Assembly (NCBI GenBank): GCA_963727525.1
Contig: CAVSGO010000008.1
Coordinates: 128,001-192,000 of the forward strand
From: an uncultured bacterium
GTDB lineage: Bacteria > Krumholzibacteriota > Krumholzibacteriia > LZORAL124-64-63
Reading direction: 5' to 3'
Length of the DNA: 64,000 nt
Below are positions 26,104 through 35,981 of the stretch, piece by piece; within the stretch, counting starts at the first letter, position 1, and the number at the start of each line of letters is the position of its first letter. Both the position numbers and the translations under genes were made by a program. The notes under the pieces were generated by a model. It was not told the DNA's origin. It did not search any database and saw only the letters and a list, made by a program, of their open reading frames with translations.

Positions 26104-27405
26104 TTAAAGAGTCTGGACAGATTCTAAAGACTTCCCGATGGTCCCTGTCAGGACCTCGGGATCCCCATCGGTCACGAGGACGTCGTCCTCGATCCTGACC
26201 CCGCCGCAGGGTCGCCACTTGTCCACGCGATCCCAATCGACGTCATCGCGGTACTCTGCGCGGTGTCGCGGATCATCGAGGAGGCCGGGCACGAAGTACA
26301 ATCCGGGCTCGATCGTGGTCACGAAGCCGGGAGCCAGGGGGAGATCCATACGTAAGAAACGTAGGCCGGGGCGGTCCTCCGGCTGGCGACCGGGAATATA
26401 GCCGCTGGCGTCGCGTACCCCGAGGCCCACGAGGTGGCCCAGACCGTGGGGGAATAAGAGGGCGTGGACGTCGCGCTCCACGAGAGATTCGGGATCGCCT
26501 TTCAGGAGCCCCAGATCGACGAGGCCGCGGGTCATCGTGAGCGCGGCGCGCAGGTGTAGCGCCTTGAACTCCTGGCCGGCGCGGCAGCCCGCGACCGCCT
26601 CTACCTGCGCATCCAGAACAACTGCGTAGAGCGCCGCCTGCTCGGGCGTGAAGCGCCCGTCCACGGGGTAGGTGCGCGTGACGTCGCAGGCATAGCCGGC
26701 GACCTCGGCGCCGGCGTCGATGAGCACCACCTCGCCGGCGTTGAGGGGCCGCCGCGTGGGTGCGCCGTGGAAGACCGCCGCGCGGGGGCCGCCGCCCACG
26801 ATGGACGGATAGGCCGGGCCGTCGCCACCGGCGCGCAGGAACGCCGCCTCGAGCACGGCCTGCACGTCGCGGGCGCTGAGGCCGGGACGCAGGGTGTCGT
26901 GCAGCACCGCGTAGCCCGCGGCCGTGGCCGCGGCCGCCTGGCGCATGAGACCCAACTCGTGCGTATCCTTGGGCCGGCGCGCGGCGAGCAGGCGCTGGCG
27001 CAGCTCGGCACGCAGCTCGAGATCGTCCTCGACGCCGGGCAACGGGCTCCCGAGCACGGCGATGGGGCGGCCGTCGCGCGCGCGCAGCCACGCCTCGAGG
27101 TCCGTGAGCGGCCGGGCGCCCGCCACGCTAGCGTCGTCGGGCGTTGTGCCTTCCCACACCTGCTCGTCCTGGCTCACCGGTGTCACGAAATCCACCCAGC
27201 CGTCCTGCGAGTCGTACGCGAGCACGCCACCGGGCCGCCAGCGATCGGCGAGCCAAGCGTACTCGGTGTGTGGCCGAAAGGGATAGGTCATGTCGGCGCC
27301 GCCGGGGATGCTCACGGGCTGGCCGGCGTGGACGAGGACGATGGCGGGCCGATCGTGCCAGGCGGCGGCCGCAGCCTGGCGTCGTGCAGACAGCGGGGCG
27401 GACAT
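26104..27405 (-). CDS. Xaa-Pro aminopeptidase (M24B)
   Basis: LIDAGAE..GYACDVTRT, HGLGHLVGL.V.D, TIEPGLYF, GGVRIEDD. Confidence 0.92.
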   Translation of the reverse strand: MSAPLSARRQAAAAAWHDRPAIVLVHAGQPVSIPGGADMTYPFRPHTEYAWLADRWRPGGVLAYDSQDGWVDFVTPVSQDEQVWEGTTPDDASVAGARPLTDLEAWLRARDGRPIAVLGSPLPGVEDDLELRAELRQRLLAARRPKDTHELGLMRQAAAATAAGYAVLHDTLRPGLSARDVQAVLEAAFLRAGGDGPAYPSIVGGGPRAAVFHGAPTRRPLNAGEVVLIDAGAEVAGYACDVTRTYPVDGRFTPEQAALYAVVLDAQVEAVAGCRAGQEFKALHLRAALTMTRGLVDLGLLKGDPESLVERDVHALLFPHGLGHLVGLGVRDASGYIPGRQPEDRPGLRFLRMDLPLAPGFVTTIEPGLYFVPGLLDDPRHRAEYRDDVDWDRVDKWRPCGGVRIEDDVLVTDGDPEVLTGTIGKSLESVQTL

Positions 27406-27550
27406 GGGCAAGCCTCCGGATCGAGGAAGGAGGGGGTTCGGGAACATGGTCGCCGGCTTCGGGTTCGCCGGCAAGGATGCGGCGGCCTATCTTGGGTCGC
27501 GCGGGAGGAATGGCGACAAGATCGTGGTGGAGCGCATGCACGCAGTGACC

Positions 27551-28648
27551 ATGAGAAGCGGCGGGTTCGTGCGGCACTGGGCCATCGCCGGCACGCTGGC
27601 CGTGCTCGCCGGGGCAGGCACGCCGCAGGCCGGCAATGCGGCGCCGGCCGACTCCACCGTCACCTTCCCCGAGCACGTGCGCATGCCCGCCGAGTTCGAG
27701 ACGAACGAGGCGCTGCTCGTGGGCGCGGCGCAGATGGTGCAGTTCCACCCGCAGGCGCTGGTGTCGATCGTGCGCGCGGCGCACACGCACATTCGCCTGG
27801 TGTGCCTGGTCGGTTTCCGTGAGGAACGCGACGCCGCCGCGCGCCTGCTCCTCGACGCCGGACTTCCCGGTGACTCCGTCACCTTCTTCTACCTGCCCGT
27901 CCAGTCGATGTGGACGCGCGACTACGGGCCGCTCACGGTGCTCGGGCCGCAGGGTACGGCCTATTTTCTCGACGCCACCTACGCGCGCGCCGAAGCCGAC
28001 CCCGCCGACGACGCCGCGCCGCAGGTGCTGGGCCGGTACATGCGGACGGGCGTGGTACCGCTGCCGCTCACGATGGAGGGCGGCGATCTGCTCAGCAGCG
28101 GCGCCGGCCTCTGTCTGAGTACGCAGCGCGTGATCTCGCGCAATGCGGACGCGCGCGGCGACGACGTCCAGCAGATCTGGTCCATCCTGCAGCGTTACGG
28201 CGGGTTCACCGACTGGGTCCCGTTGCCGTCGCTCGTGGGCGAGCCCACCGGCCATCTCGACATGTATCTCACGCTCGTCGATCCCCACACCGCCGTGGTG
28301 GCGCAGCTCGATCCCGAAGCCGATACCGAGAATGCCGCGCGCCTCGACTGGGTCGCCCGCACACTGCGCACGCGCGCGTCGCTCACAGTGGAACGCATCC
28401 CCATGCCGCCCCACGACGACGGCGTGTGGCGCACCTACACCAATGTCGTCTTCGCCAACGGCGTGCTGCTCGTTCCCGCTTATCCCGACCGCTTTCCCGA
28501 CCTCGACGCCCAGGCGCGCTCCGTGTACCAACGCCTGCTGCCCGACTGGCAGATCGTCGGCGTGGACGCGTCGAGCCTCATCCAGCGCGGTGGCGCGCTT
28601 CACTGCGTCACGATGAATCTGCCGGTGATCAACGATCCGGAGTTCTAG
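27551..28648 (+). CDS. Agmatine deiminase / peptidylarginine deiminase family protein with signal peptide
   Basis: RMPAEFE, WTRDYGP, MEGG, TGHLDM, YTN, GGALHCVT catalytic Cys. Confidence 0.88.
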   Translation: MRSGGFVRHWAIAGTLAVLAGAGTPQAGNAAPADSTVTFPEHVRMPAEFETNEALLVGAAQMVQFHPQALVSIVRAAHTHIRLVCLVGFREERDAAARLLLDAGLPGDSVTFFYLPVQSMWTRDYGPLTVLGPQGTAYFLDATYARAEADPADDAAPQVLGRYMRTGVVPLPLTMEGGDLLSSGAGLCLSTQRVISRNADARGDDVQQIWSILQRYGGFTDWVPLPSLVGEPTGHLDMYLTLVDPHTAVVAQLDPEADTENAARLDWVARTLRTRASLTVERIPMPPHDDGVWRTYTNVVFANGVLLVPAYPDRFPDLDAQARSVYQRLLPDWQIVGVDASSLIQRGGALHCVTMNLPVINDPEF

Positions 28649-28757
28649 CGCATTCTCCGGACCGATTTCGCGGGTTCGCCTGTACCGGCGGACCTGGGTA
28701 CGACCGCCGGCGCGTGTCGCTCACCGATCTCATCGAGCCGGGGTGCATCGTCTCGTT

Positions 28758-28817
28758 TTTTGTCCAGAAAGCCAGAAACTTACGGCCGGCTGTCAGTGAT
28801 TCCGTTTCTGGACAAAA
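28758..28817. repeat. 13-bp perfect inverted repeat between convergent genes
   Basis: TTTTGTCCAGAAA (28758-28770) and TTTCTGGACAAAA (28805-28817). Confidence 0.6.
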
Positions 28818-28872
28818 CGGATGACACCAATGGCTGGCGTAACCGTCGGCAAGGAGTGCGCCTTACCGCCTC

Positions 28873-31467
28873 TTACTCCGGATACATCGCCCCCCACCAC
28901 GCCGGCCGCTCTTTCAGGTAGCGGGCGAAGTAGGCGAGGATGGTGTCGTTCCAGACGATGCGCTGGTCGTGGTCGAGGATCCAGTGGTTCTGGCCCTCGA
29001 TCTGCACGTACTCCACGTCGCGGCCCAGCAGTTCGAGCGCGGTGAAGAGCTGATCGCTCTCGCCCGGGGGCACGTTGGTGTCGGCGCTGCCGTGCAGCAG
29101 GAGCAGGGGCGTGTGGATCTTGTCGGCGTGGTAGAGCGGGCTCTGTTCCACGTAGATGTCGCGGTCGCTCCAGGGGAAGGCGTTGGCCAGCGCACGGGCG
29201 CCGTAGTCGTAGCCCCACCAGCCGTGGCCCCAGTAGCTGGTGATGTCGGAGATGCCGGCGTGGCTGACGGCGCAGGCGAAGATGTCGGTCTGCGTGACCA
29301 GGTACTCGGTGAGGAAGCCGCCGTAGCTGGCGCCGATGCAGCCCACGTGCCCGGCGTCGGCGAAGGGATGGGCGGCGAGGAAGGCCTGCGTGGCGTCGAT
29401 CACCTCGCGCGCGGTGCGCTTGCCCCAGTCGTTCACGTGGCGGGCGGCGAACTCCTGACCGTAGCCGGTGGCGCCGCTGGGTTCGGGTACGTACACCACG
29501 TAGCCCTGGCCGGCCCACACATTCTTGGGATAGCGCCCCCCGAAGTCGACGGTGACGGGCGATGTGCCGCCGTAGTAGTAGACGATCACGGGATAGGTGC
29601 GCTGTGCGTCGAAGTCGGGCGGGTAGTAGATGCGTCCGTCGAGAGTGGTGCCGTCGGGCATGGGAGCGGCCCAGGTTTCCACCTTGCCGAAGGCCACGTC
29701 CTGCCAGGCGTTGCGGCCAGGGTCGGCGAGCAGCGTGGTCTTGCCGCGCTTGAGATCGATAGCGTAGAGCCGGTCCGGGGTGGCGGCGCTGCTGCCACGC
29801 GCCACGGCCATGCGGGCGTCGCGGGCGAGGTCGAAGTCGTCGACGAATTCGATGCCGGTGTCCATGCGCTCCCAGCCGTCGCGGTCGGACGCGCGGCGGT
29901 AGACGCGCTGGTACTGTTGATCGGTGCATACGGCGTAGATCATGTGGTCGGCGTGAGACCACCAGAAACCGCCCACGTCGGGCGTGAGGTCGCGGCTGAT
30001 CGCCGTGGGCGTACCCGTCTTGCGGTCGTAGAGGAAGAGCTGGCCGCCGTAGTCATTGGGCTGCACGCCGGCGGGCAGGGTGAGGCCGAGTCCGTCGAAG
30101 GCGGAGGGCGATCCACGCAGCAGGAGGCGCGCGCTGCCGTCGGGATCGTAGGCGGCGCCCTCGATCCAGGGGTCGTCGAGGATCGTCTCGGCCGCGAAGG
30201 TGACCAGGTCCAGTTCGTAGAGCGTGCTCGAGAAGTAGGGGCGTGACGAAAGGTCCTGGTCGCTCAGGAAGAAGAGCAGCTTGCGGCCGTCGGGGGAAAT
30301 CGTCCACGTGGAGGGCGACAGCGGGCCGGCCGTGAGGCGGCGCGTGACGCCGTCGGGGACGGTCTTCAGGTTTAGGTAGCTACGGTTGCGCCACGAGGTC
30401 TGCCGGTCGGCCGGATTCTCGACGTGCTTGACCCGACGTTCGTCGGGCTTGGCCTCCACCTCGATCTCGTACACCACGAAGCTGCCGTCGGGCGCCCAGT
30501 CGTAGCGGCCGAGGTGTTCGACACCGCGCAGCACGCGGGTGGTCCGGGCGGTGGCCAGGTCGTGGATCCAGAGGTCGGTCTTGCCGTCGGCATCGGCGGT
30601 GTAGCTGAGGCGCCGGCCGTCGGGCAGCCATTGCAGATGGCTGGCCTCGATGTTGCCGCGCCAGGTGGCGGCGGGCTTGCCACTGTCGGTGTGCAGGATC
30701 TCGATCCAGCGCTCGCGCTTGCCGTCGGGGCGGCCGGCCTCGCAGGCGACGGCCACCAGCTTGCCGTCGGGACTGAGCGCGGCCGAGCGCGTGCGCGGCG
30801 CGTCGAGCACGAGGTGGATGTCGGCCGCCCGTTTGCCTTCGGCGGCGCAGGTGATCGCGGACGCCGGCAGGTCGGCGCTCAGCACCAGGGAGGGTGCCAG
30901 GCGCCAGGGCGTGTCGCCGTTGGCCTGGAAGGCACTGCGCAGCACGACGAGGTGGCGGCCCATGGGCAGGGTGACGTCGCCCTTGAACAGCGGCTGGCCC
31001 AGGTCGCCGTTGACGAGGGCGAGGTCGGCGGGGGCGCCGTCAAGCCAGCCGGTGAGCTTGACGCCCTCGCTCGTGGCGATCTGCAGCGACGCCTTCTGCC
31101 AGCGATCGGATGCGACGGTGAAGGCCAGCCAGACCTCGGCCGGCGTGGTCGGCGGCGTCTCGATCACGAAGCTGCCGTCGCTCGCGGAACGCGCCTGCCA
31201 CGGCGCGTCGTGCTCGCGCGCCAGCGGCACGCGATCGCCGGCGTGGGGGCGCAGGGTGGCCACGTCGAGCGCGGGCTCGCCCAGGAGGTCATCCAGACTC
31301 ACGCCCTTCTTCTCGCTGTCGGCAAAGGCCGGCAGGGGAAGCGTGAGCGGTCCGAGCTGGAGAACCTCCGTCACCGTGACGGTGGGGCCGGCGTCGGCCG
31401 TGGACAGGGCGATGGCGGGCAGGACCAGGAGGGAGAGGCTCAGCAGGATGGAGAAACGGCAGTGCAT
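28873..31467 (-). CDS. S9 family (prolyl oligopeptidase/acylaminoacyl) peptidase, secreted
   Basis: Signal peptide; beta-propeller SPDG repeats; GASYGG nucleophile, HGSADTNV, NHW. Confidence 0.92.
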   Translation of the reverse strand: MHCRFSILLSLSLLVLPAIALSTADAGPTVTVTEVLQLGPLTLPLPAFADSEKKGVSLDDLLGEPALDVATLRPHAGDRVPLAREHDAPWQARSASDGSFVIETPPTTPAEVWLAFTVASDRWQKASLQIATSEGVKLTGWLDGAPADLALVNGDLGQPLFKGDVTLPMGRHLVVLRSAFQANGDTPWRLAPSLVLSADLPASAITCAAEGKRAADIHLVLDAPRTRSAALSPDGKLVAVACEAGRPDGKRERWIEILHTDSGKPAATWRGNIEASHLQWLPDGRRLSYTADADGKTDLWIHDLATARTTRVLRGVEHLGRYDWAPDGSFVVYEIEVEAKPDERRVKHVENPADRQTSWRNRSYLNLKTVPDGVTRRLTAGPLSPSTWTISPDGRKLLFFLSDQDLSSRPYFSSTLYELDLVTFAAETILDDPWIEGAAYDPDGSARLLLRGSPSAFDGLGLTLPAGVQPNDYGGQLFLYDRKTGTPTAISRDLTPDVGGFWWSHADHMIYAVCTDQQYQRVYRRASDRDGWERMDTGIEFVDDFDLARDARMAVARGSSAATPDRLYAIDLKRGKTTLLADPGRNAWQDVAFGKVETWAAPMPDGTTLDGRIYYPPDFDAQRTYPVIVYYYGGTSPVTVDFGGRYPKNVWAGQGYVVYVPEPSGATGYGQEFAARHVNDWGKRTAREVIDATQAFLAAHPFADAGHVGCIGASYGGFLTEYLVTQTDIFACAVSHAGISDITSYWGHGWWGYDYGARALANAFPWSDRDIYVEQSPLYHADKIHTPLLLLHGSADTNVPPGESDQLFTALELLGRDVEYVQIEGQNHWILDHDQRIVWNDTILAYFARYLKERPAWWGAMYPE

Positions 31468-31594
31468 GGGTTCGGTCTCCTTGTCGGATCGCAGGCCGGG
31501 CGGACGCCGGAACATGATCGCACCGGGGAAGCCAGGGGCCAAGGCTGGCTTTTCGGTTGATCGCGGGCGCGAGGCGTTCCATTGTTTGGCAGCC

Positions 31595-32470
31595 ATGACC
31601 GCCAAACACCTATGCCGAAGATCCTGGATCTTTCTGGTGCGCCTGCAGCGCGAAGTCGCCTATGACGACTGCATGGGCATGGCCGCCCAGATCGCCTACT
31701 ACATGCTGCTGAGCACGTTCCCGTTCCTGATCTTCCTCATGAGTCTCGTGAGCTACTTGCCCATCGGAAAGGCGCTCGAGCCGCTCATTCTCGATGGCCT
31801 GCGCGAGCAGATGCCGCTGGAAGCAGCCAACTTCGTCGTGGACGCGGTGATGGGCATCCTGCCGACGCGCAGCCAGGGCATCACGGCGCTGGGATTCCTG
31901 CTCGCGCTGTGGAGCGGCTCGATGGCGGTGGGCGCCATGATCACCACGTTCAACCGCGCCTACAATCTGCGACCGCGGCGGAACATGCTCTACCAGAAGC
32001 TCCTGGCCATATCGTTGACGCTGGCGCTGTCGGCGCTCTTCCTGCTTTCGCTGCTCATCGTGCTCTTCGGTCCGCAACTCACGCAGCAGATCTTCGAGTC
32101 CCTCCACATGGCGAGTCAGACGAACACGATCTGGACCAGCCTGCGGTTGCCCATCGCGGCCATTCTGGCTTTCGTCGGCCTGGGGATCCTGTACTACTAC
32201 GCGCCAGAGGCGAAGCAGCGCGTGATCCATATCCTGCCCGGGACGGTGGCGGCGTCGGTGATGTGGCTCTCCGCCAGTTCACTCTTTCGCCTCTTCGTAC
32301 GGAACTTCGGCAACTACAACGCCACCTACGGCTCGCTGGCGGCGCTGGTGATCCTGATGCTGTGGTTCTGGCTCACCGGATTCATCTTCTTGCTCGGCGC
32401 CGAGATCAACGCTCAGATGAAACGCATGGAACACGAGATCGGACACTACCCGATCCGCCTGTTACGCTGA
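31595..32470 (+). CDS. YihY/BrkB family membrane protein
   Basis: AAQIAYY.LLS.FPFL, NRAY, YNATYGSLAALVILMLWFW, GAEIN. Confidence 0.92.
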   Translation: MTAKHLCRRSWIFLVRLQREVAYDDCMGMAAQIAYYMLLSTFPFLIFLMSLVSYLPIGKALEPLILDGLREQMPLEAANFVVDAVMGILPTRSQGITALGFLLALWSGSMAVGAMITTFNRAYNLRPRRNMLYQKLLAISLTLALSALFLLSLLIVLFGPQLTQQIFESLHMASQTNTIWTSLRLPIAAILAFVGLGILYYYAPEAKQRVIHILPGTVAASVMWLSASSLFRLFVRNFGNYNATYGSLAALVILMLWFWLTGFIFLLGAEINAQMKRMEHEIGHYPIRLLR

Positions 32471-32649
32471 GCGGTTTCGTATTCCTTTTATGATGATATC
32501 GGAATCACAATATCTAAAAAATCATTGCGGCATTGCCACCGGGGACCTCGTTTGTTAAGGTCATGCGGTCGCATCATGTCCACCTGACGACGATCCCCTC
32601 GCCTTCGGGAGGGATCGCGCGGGGTTTTCGTGTACGTGAGGAGAACCCG

Positions 32650-35600
32650 ATGCGCTGCCGCACTGCGCTCGTCTCTCTGGCTCTCGTCGTGTCGTGTTTC
32701 GCGGTCGTGGCGCCCTCGCCGGCCCGCGCTGCGCGCATAGATCCGGAACTCCAGCGCATTCTCGACGAGCACGCGAAGATGGAGATCATCCCCGTCATCA
32801 TGCTCTATCCCGAGAGTGCCGAGGGCACCCTCGACAGTCTCGACGTGCAGCTCGAGATGGCGGTGCCGTCGAAGCGGCGCGATGGCGTGATCGTGGCGAT
32901 GAAGAAGCACGCGCGCAAGATCCAGTCCGACGCGTGGGCGATCCTGGAGGATCCTGATCATCCCGGCGTGCTCGCCTACTCGGAGATGCTCTACATGGCC
33001 AACGCCATCGCGTTCGGTGGCGATTCCCAGCTCATCCTCGCCGTGGCTGGCAACAAGAGCGCGGACGATGCGGTGCTCTTCTTCGACAAGGATTACGATC
33101 TGCTGACAGCGCAGCGGCAGGCCGCGCCGCGGCAGGACGACGGCATCAAGTCGGCGCGAGGCGACACCGTCTGGAACGTCAAGGCCATCCACGCCGATCG
33201 TGTGTGGAACGAACTGGGTTACAAGGGCGACGGGATCATCGTCGGGCACGTTGACACCGGGGTGTGGATGACCCATCCCGATCTGCGCGACCATATCTGG
33301 GTGAATCCGGCAGAGATCCCGGACAACGGCGTGGACGACGATGGAAACGGCTACGTGGACGACGTCCATGGCTGGGACTTCGGCGACCACGACAACGATC
33401 CCACCGACGACGCCGCCAACGCGGGGCACGGCACCCATACCGCCGGCACGCTTGCCGGCGACGGCACGGGCGGTATCCAGACCGGCGTGGCGCCCGATGC
33501 CACGATCATGCCGTGCAAGGTCTTCAACCAGGCCGGCGGCGGTTCGCTCGGCTCGATCTGGGAGGCGCAGCAGTACTGCGCCGAGAACGGGGCCCGCATC
33601 ATCACCATGTCGGTGAGCATCCGCGGCGATATCCCCACCCAGTTCCTGCGCAACGACCGCTATAACGCGCTGAGCCTGCGCAGCGCTGGTGTCACGGTCT
33701 TCAACTCCTCGGGCAACGACCACGGCGTGTTCGCGCCGCCGATCGAACTGGGCATGACGGCGCGGATCCCGGCGCCCTGGCGACCGGGCGTGCCCTACAG
33801 TTCCGCCGGCGGGATCATCTCGGTCGGCGGCACCGCGTACAAGAGCGACGCGATCTGGAGCGGCAGCAGCCAGGGGCCGGCCGACTGGGGTCAGGTGGAT
33901 CCGTGGTTCGACTGGCCGTACGATCCAGGCACCGGACTCGTGAAGCCGGACATCGTGGCGCCCGCTCAGGGCATCAATTCCACCTTCCCACCGAGCCTCT
34001 ACAGCGGCGAGACGTGGACGGGCACGTCCATGGCCTGCCCGCATGCCGCGGGCGTGGCGGCGCTCATGTTGCAGAAGAATCCCACGCTCTCGCCCGCGGG
34101 CATCGACAGCACGCTGGAGATGTCGGCGATCGATCGGGGCGATGCCGGCAAGGACAACGTCTTCGGCGCGGGCATGCTCGATGCCTACGCGGCCGTGTCC
34201 GCCGTGTCGATGGCGCAGGTGCCGAACCTCGAGGAGGTGGCATTCCTGCCCGATCCCGACGGCAATCAGGTGCTCGATCCGGGCGAGCTGCCCGGCATCG
34301 TCTTCACGCTGGCCAACGTGGGGCAGGTCGCGGCCACGAACGTCATCGGTCGGTTGCGCGTGGTGTCGAACCCGTTCGTGGCGATCTCCGGACAGTTCGG
34401 CAGCGATCGGGCCTCATTCCCCGACCTCGCGCCGGGTGAACAGGCCTCCAATGCGGCGTCGCCTTTCAAACTCGTGGTGTCCACCGCCGCTCCGCAAGGC
34501 TTTCCATTCACACTGCTGTTGACAGTGATGACCGGCGAAGGCTTCGAGCGCACGTTCGACATTCCCACCGCCGTCGGTTTGCCGGAGTTCCGGACCCACG
34601 ACGTGGGGCACGTGTACCTCACGGTCACGGACCAGGGCGGGGTGGGATACCTCGACGATTCCCGGGCCATCGGCCAGGGCATGGGTGTACAGGGGCAGGA
34701 GAGCGCGCTCTTCATCTCCTCGTTGTGGGCAGGGACGGACGCGTCGTATGTGTGCAACAACGACCTCACGGGCAACGGGGCCGATCCCGTGGAGTGGCGG
34801 ACGCGACTGATCCCGGTGGGCCGGGTGGCGGTGGCGTCGGGGCCGCCCTCGGCGCAGACATTCTCGGCCGCCTTCACCGACAGCGGTCACGCGAATCCGC
34901 GGGGCATCGAGGTGCGGCAGATCTCCTGGGCCCATCCGGACCCGCCCTACGACGATGTGGTCATGGTGCAGTACGCGATCGTCAATACCGGTGACGCGAC
35001 GATCACGGATTACTATGCGGGTCTATTCGCCGACTTCGATGTCATGGATTCGTTGCACGACGTGGGCGGTGTCGACACGGCGAATCGCGCGGTGTGGATC
35101 AAGTCCCTGGACGGCCCGTGCTATGGCGTGGCGGTGCTGGGCGACACGCCCGTCAGCAATATCTCGCTGATCGACAACCTCGTCTACATCTACGCCGACA
35201 GCTACATGCACGATGACGACAAGATGCGCTTCCTGCGCGGCGACCTGACCCAGGGCACGACAGCTCAGGAGTCGGACTGGTCGAGCGTGGCCGCGGCGGG
35301 GCCGTTCACGCTGGCTCCGGAGAGCGTGGTGCTCGTGACGTTCGCGTTCGTATACGGCGACGACGAGGCCCACTTCCTCGCCAACGTGCAGGCGGCCAAC
35401 AACGGGTACTCGCCCGTGGTAGCCGTGGATGACGGCCCGCGCGAGCTGCCCGCCAGCGTGCGGCTGCAGCAGAATCTCCCCAACCCCTTCAATCCCGACA
35501 CCGCGATCCGCTACACCGTGCCCACGTCCGGCGCCGTGGATCTCGCCGTGTACGATGTGAGCGGACGGCGGGTGCGCACCCTCGTCACGGGCACCGTGGC

Positions 35601-35730
35601 CGCGGGCGAGCACACGGTGCACTGGAACGGCCGCGACGAGAACGGCGGACTGGTACCTTCGGGGCTCTACCTCTACCGGGTAGTGGGCCACGGCGCCACG
35701 CTCACGCGCAAGATGATGCTCGTGAAGTGA
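32650..35730 (+). CDS. S8 subtilisin-like serine protease with FlgD-Ig C-terminal domain
   Basis: DTG, HGTHTAG and GTSMACPH catalytic triad; DDDGNGYVDD; PNPFNP tail. Confidence 0.93.
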   Translation: MRCRTALVSLALVVSCFAVVAPSPARAARIDPELQRILDEHAKMEIIPVIMLYPESAEGTLDSLDVQLEMAVPSKRRDGVIVAMKKHARKIQSDAWAILEDPDHPGVLAYSEMLYMANAIAFGGDSQLILAVAGNKSADDAVLFFDKDYDLLTAQRQAAPRQDDGIKSARGDTVWNVKAIHADRVWNELGYKGDGIIVGHVDTGVWMTHPDLRDHIWVNPAEIPDNGVDDDGNGYVDDVHGWDFGDHDNDPTDDAANAGHGTHTAGTLAGDGTGGIQTGVAPDATIMPCKVFNQAGGGSLGSIWEAQQYCAENGARIITMSVSIRGDIPTQFLRNDRYNALSLRSAGVTVFNSSGNDHGVFAPPIELGMTARIPAPWRPGVPYSSAGGIISVGGTAYKSDAIWSGSSQGPADWGQVDPWFDWPYDPGTGLVKPDIVAPAQGINSTFPPSLYSGETWTGTSMACPHAAGVAALMLQKNPTLSPAGIDSTLEMSAIDRGDAGKDNVFGAGMLDAYAAVSAVSMAQVPNLEEVAFLPDPDGNQVLDPGELPGIVFTLANVGQVAATNVIGRLRVVSNPFVAISGQFGSDRASFPDLAPGEQASNAASPFKLVVSTAAPQGFPFTLLLTVMTGEGFERTFDIPTAVGLPEFRTHDVGHVYLTVTDQGGVGYLDDSRAIGQGMGVQGQESALFISSLWAGTDASYVCNNDLTGNGADPVEWRTRLIPVGRVAVASGPPSAQTFSAAFTDSGHANPRGIEVRQISWAHPDPPYDDVVMVQYAIVNTGDATITDYYAGLFADFDVMDSLHDVGGVDTANRAVWIKSLDGPCYGVAVLGDTPVSNISLIDNLVYIYADSYMHDDDKMRFLRGDLTQGTTAQESDWSSVAAAGPFTLAPESVVLVTFAFVYGDDEAHFLANVQAANNGYSPVVAVDDGPRELPASVRLQQNLPNPFNPDTAIRYTVPTSGAVDLAVYDVSGRRVRTLVTGTVAAGEHTVHWNGRDENGGLVPSGLYLYRVVGHGATLTRKMMLVK

Positions 35731-35777
35731 TGCCGTATCAGCGTCGCCGTGCGGGGAATCTGCCGCGCGCCCGCGAC

Positions 35778-35793
35778 TGGAATCGACCTTGCA
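35778..35793 (+). promoter_or_regulatory. Possible sigma54 promoter upstream of the M6 protease
   Basis: TGGAATCGACCTTGCA has GG-N10-GC with TTGCA; the -24 half is imperfect. Confidence 0.35.
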
Positions 35794-35981
35794 TCACCAC
35801 CGGGCCGGAGCCGAGAGGCGACCGGCCCGGTTCTCGTGTACCCACCAGACGCACCGGGCGGTTGCTGCCTCGTTGTTTCTCGTGACGGCGTGTCGCGCAG
35901 CGTCGGGCCGCGTGCGCGTATGGAACATCGATGTCGGGCGGCACACTCACGCCGCGCGACACTGGACCAGGTGGTGCCACG

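Noticed and set aside
26104-26640. Lower-GC codon usage in the 3' part of the Xaa-Pro aminopeptidase
   Set aside because: The frame and catalytic motifs are intact and no junction repeats are visible; I cannot support a recombination event by eye.
30650-31594. Long N-terminal extension of the YihY ORF (606 aa in the track)
   Set aside because: It overlaps the S9 peptidase on the opposite strand; YihY similarity starts near ATG 31595.
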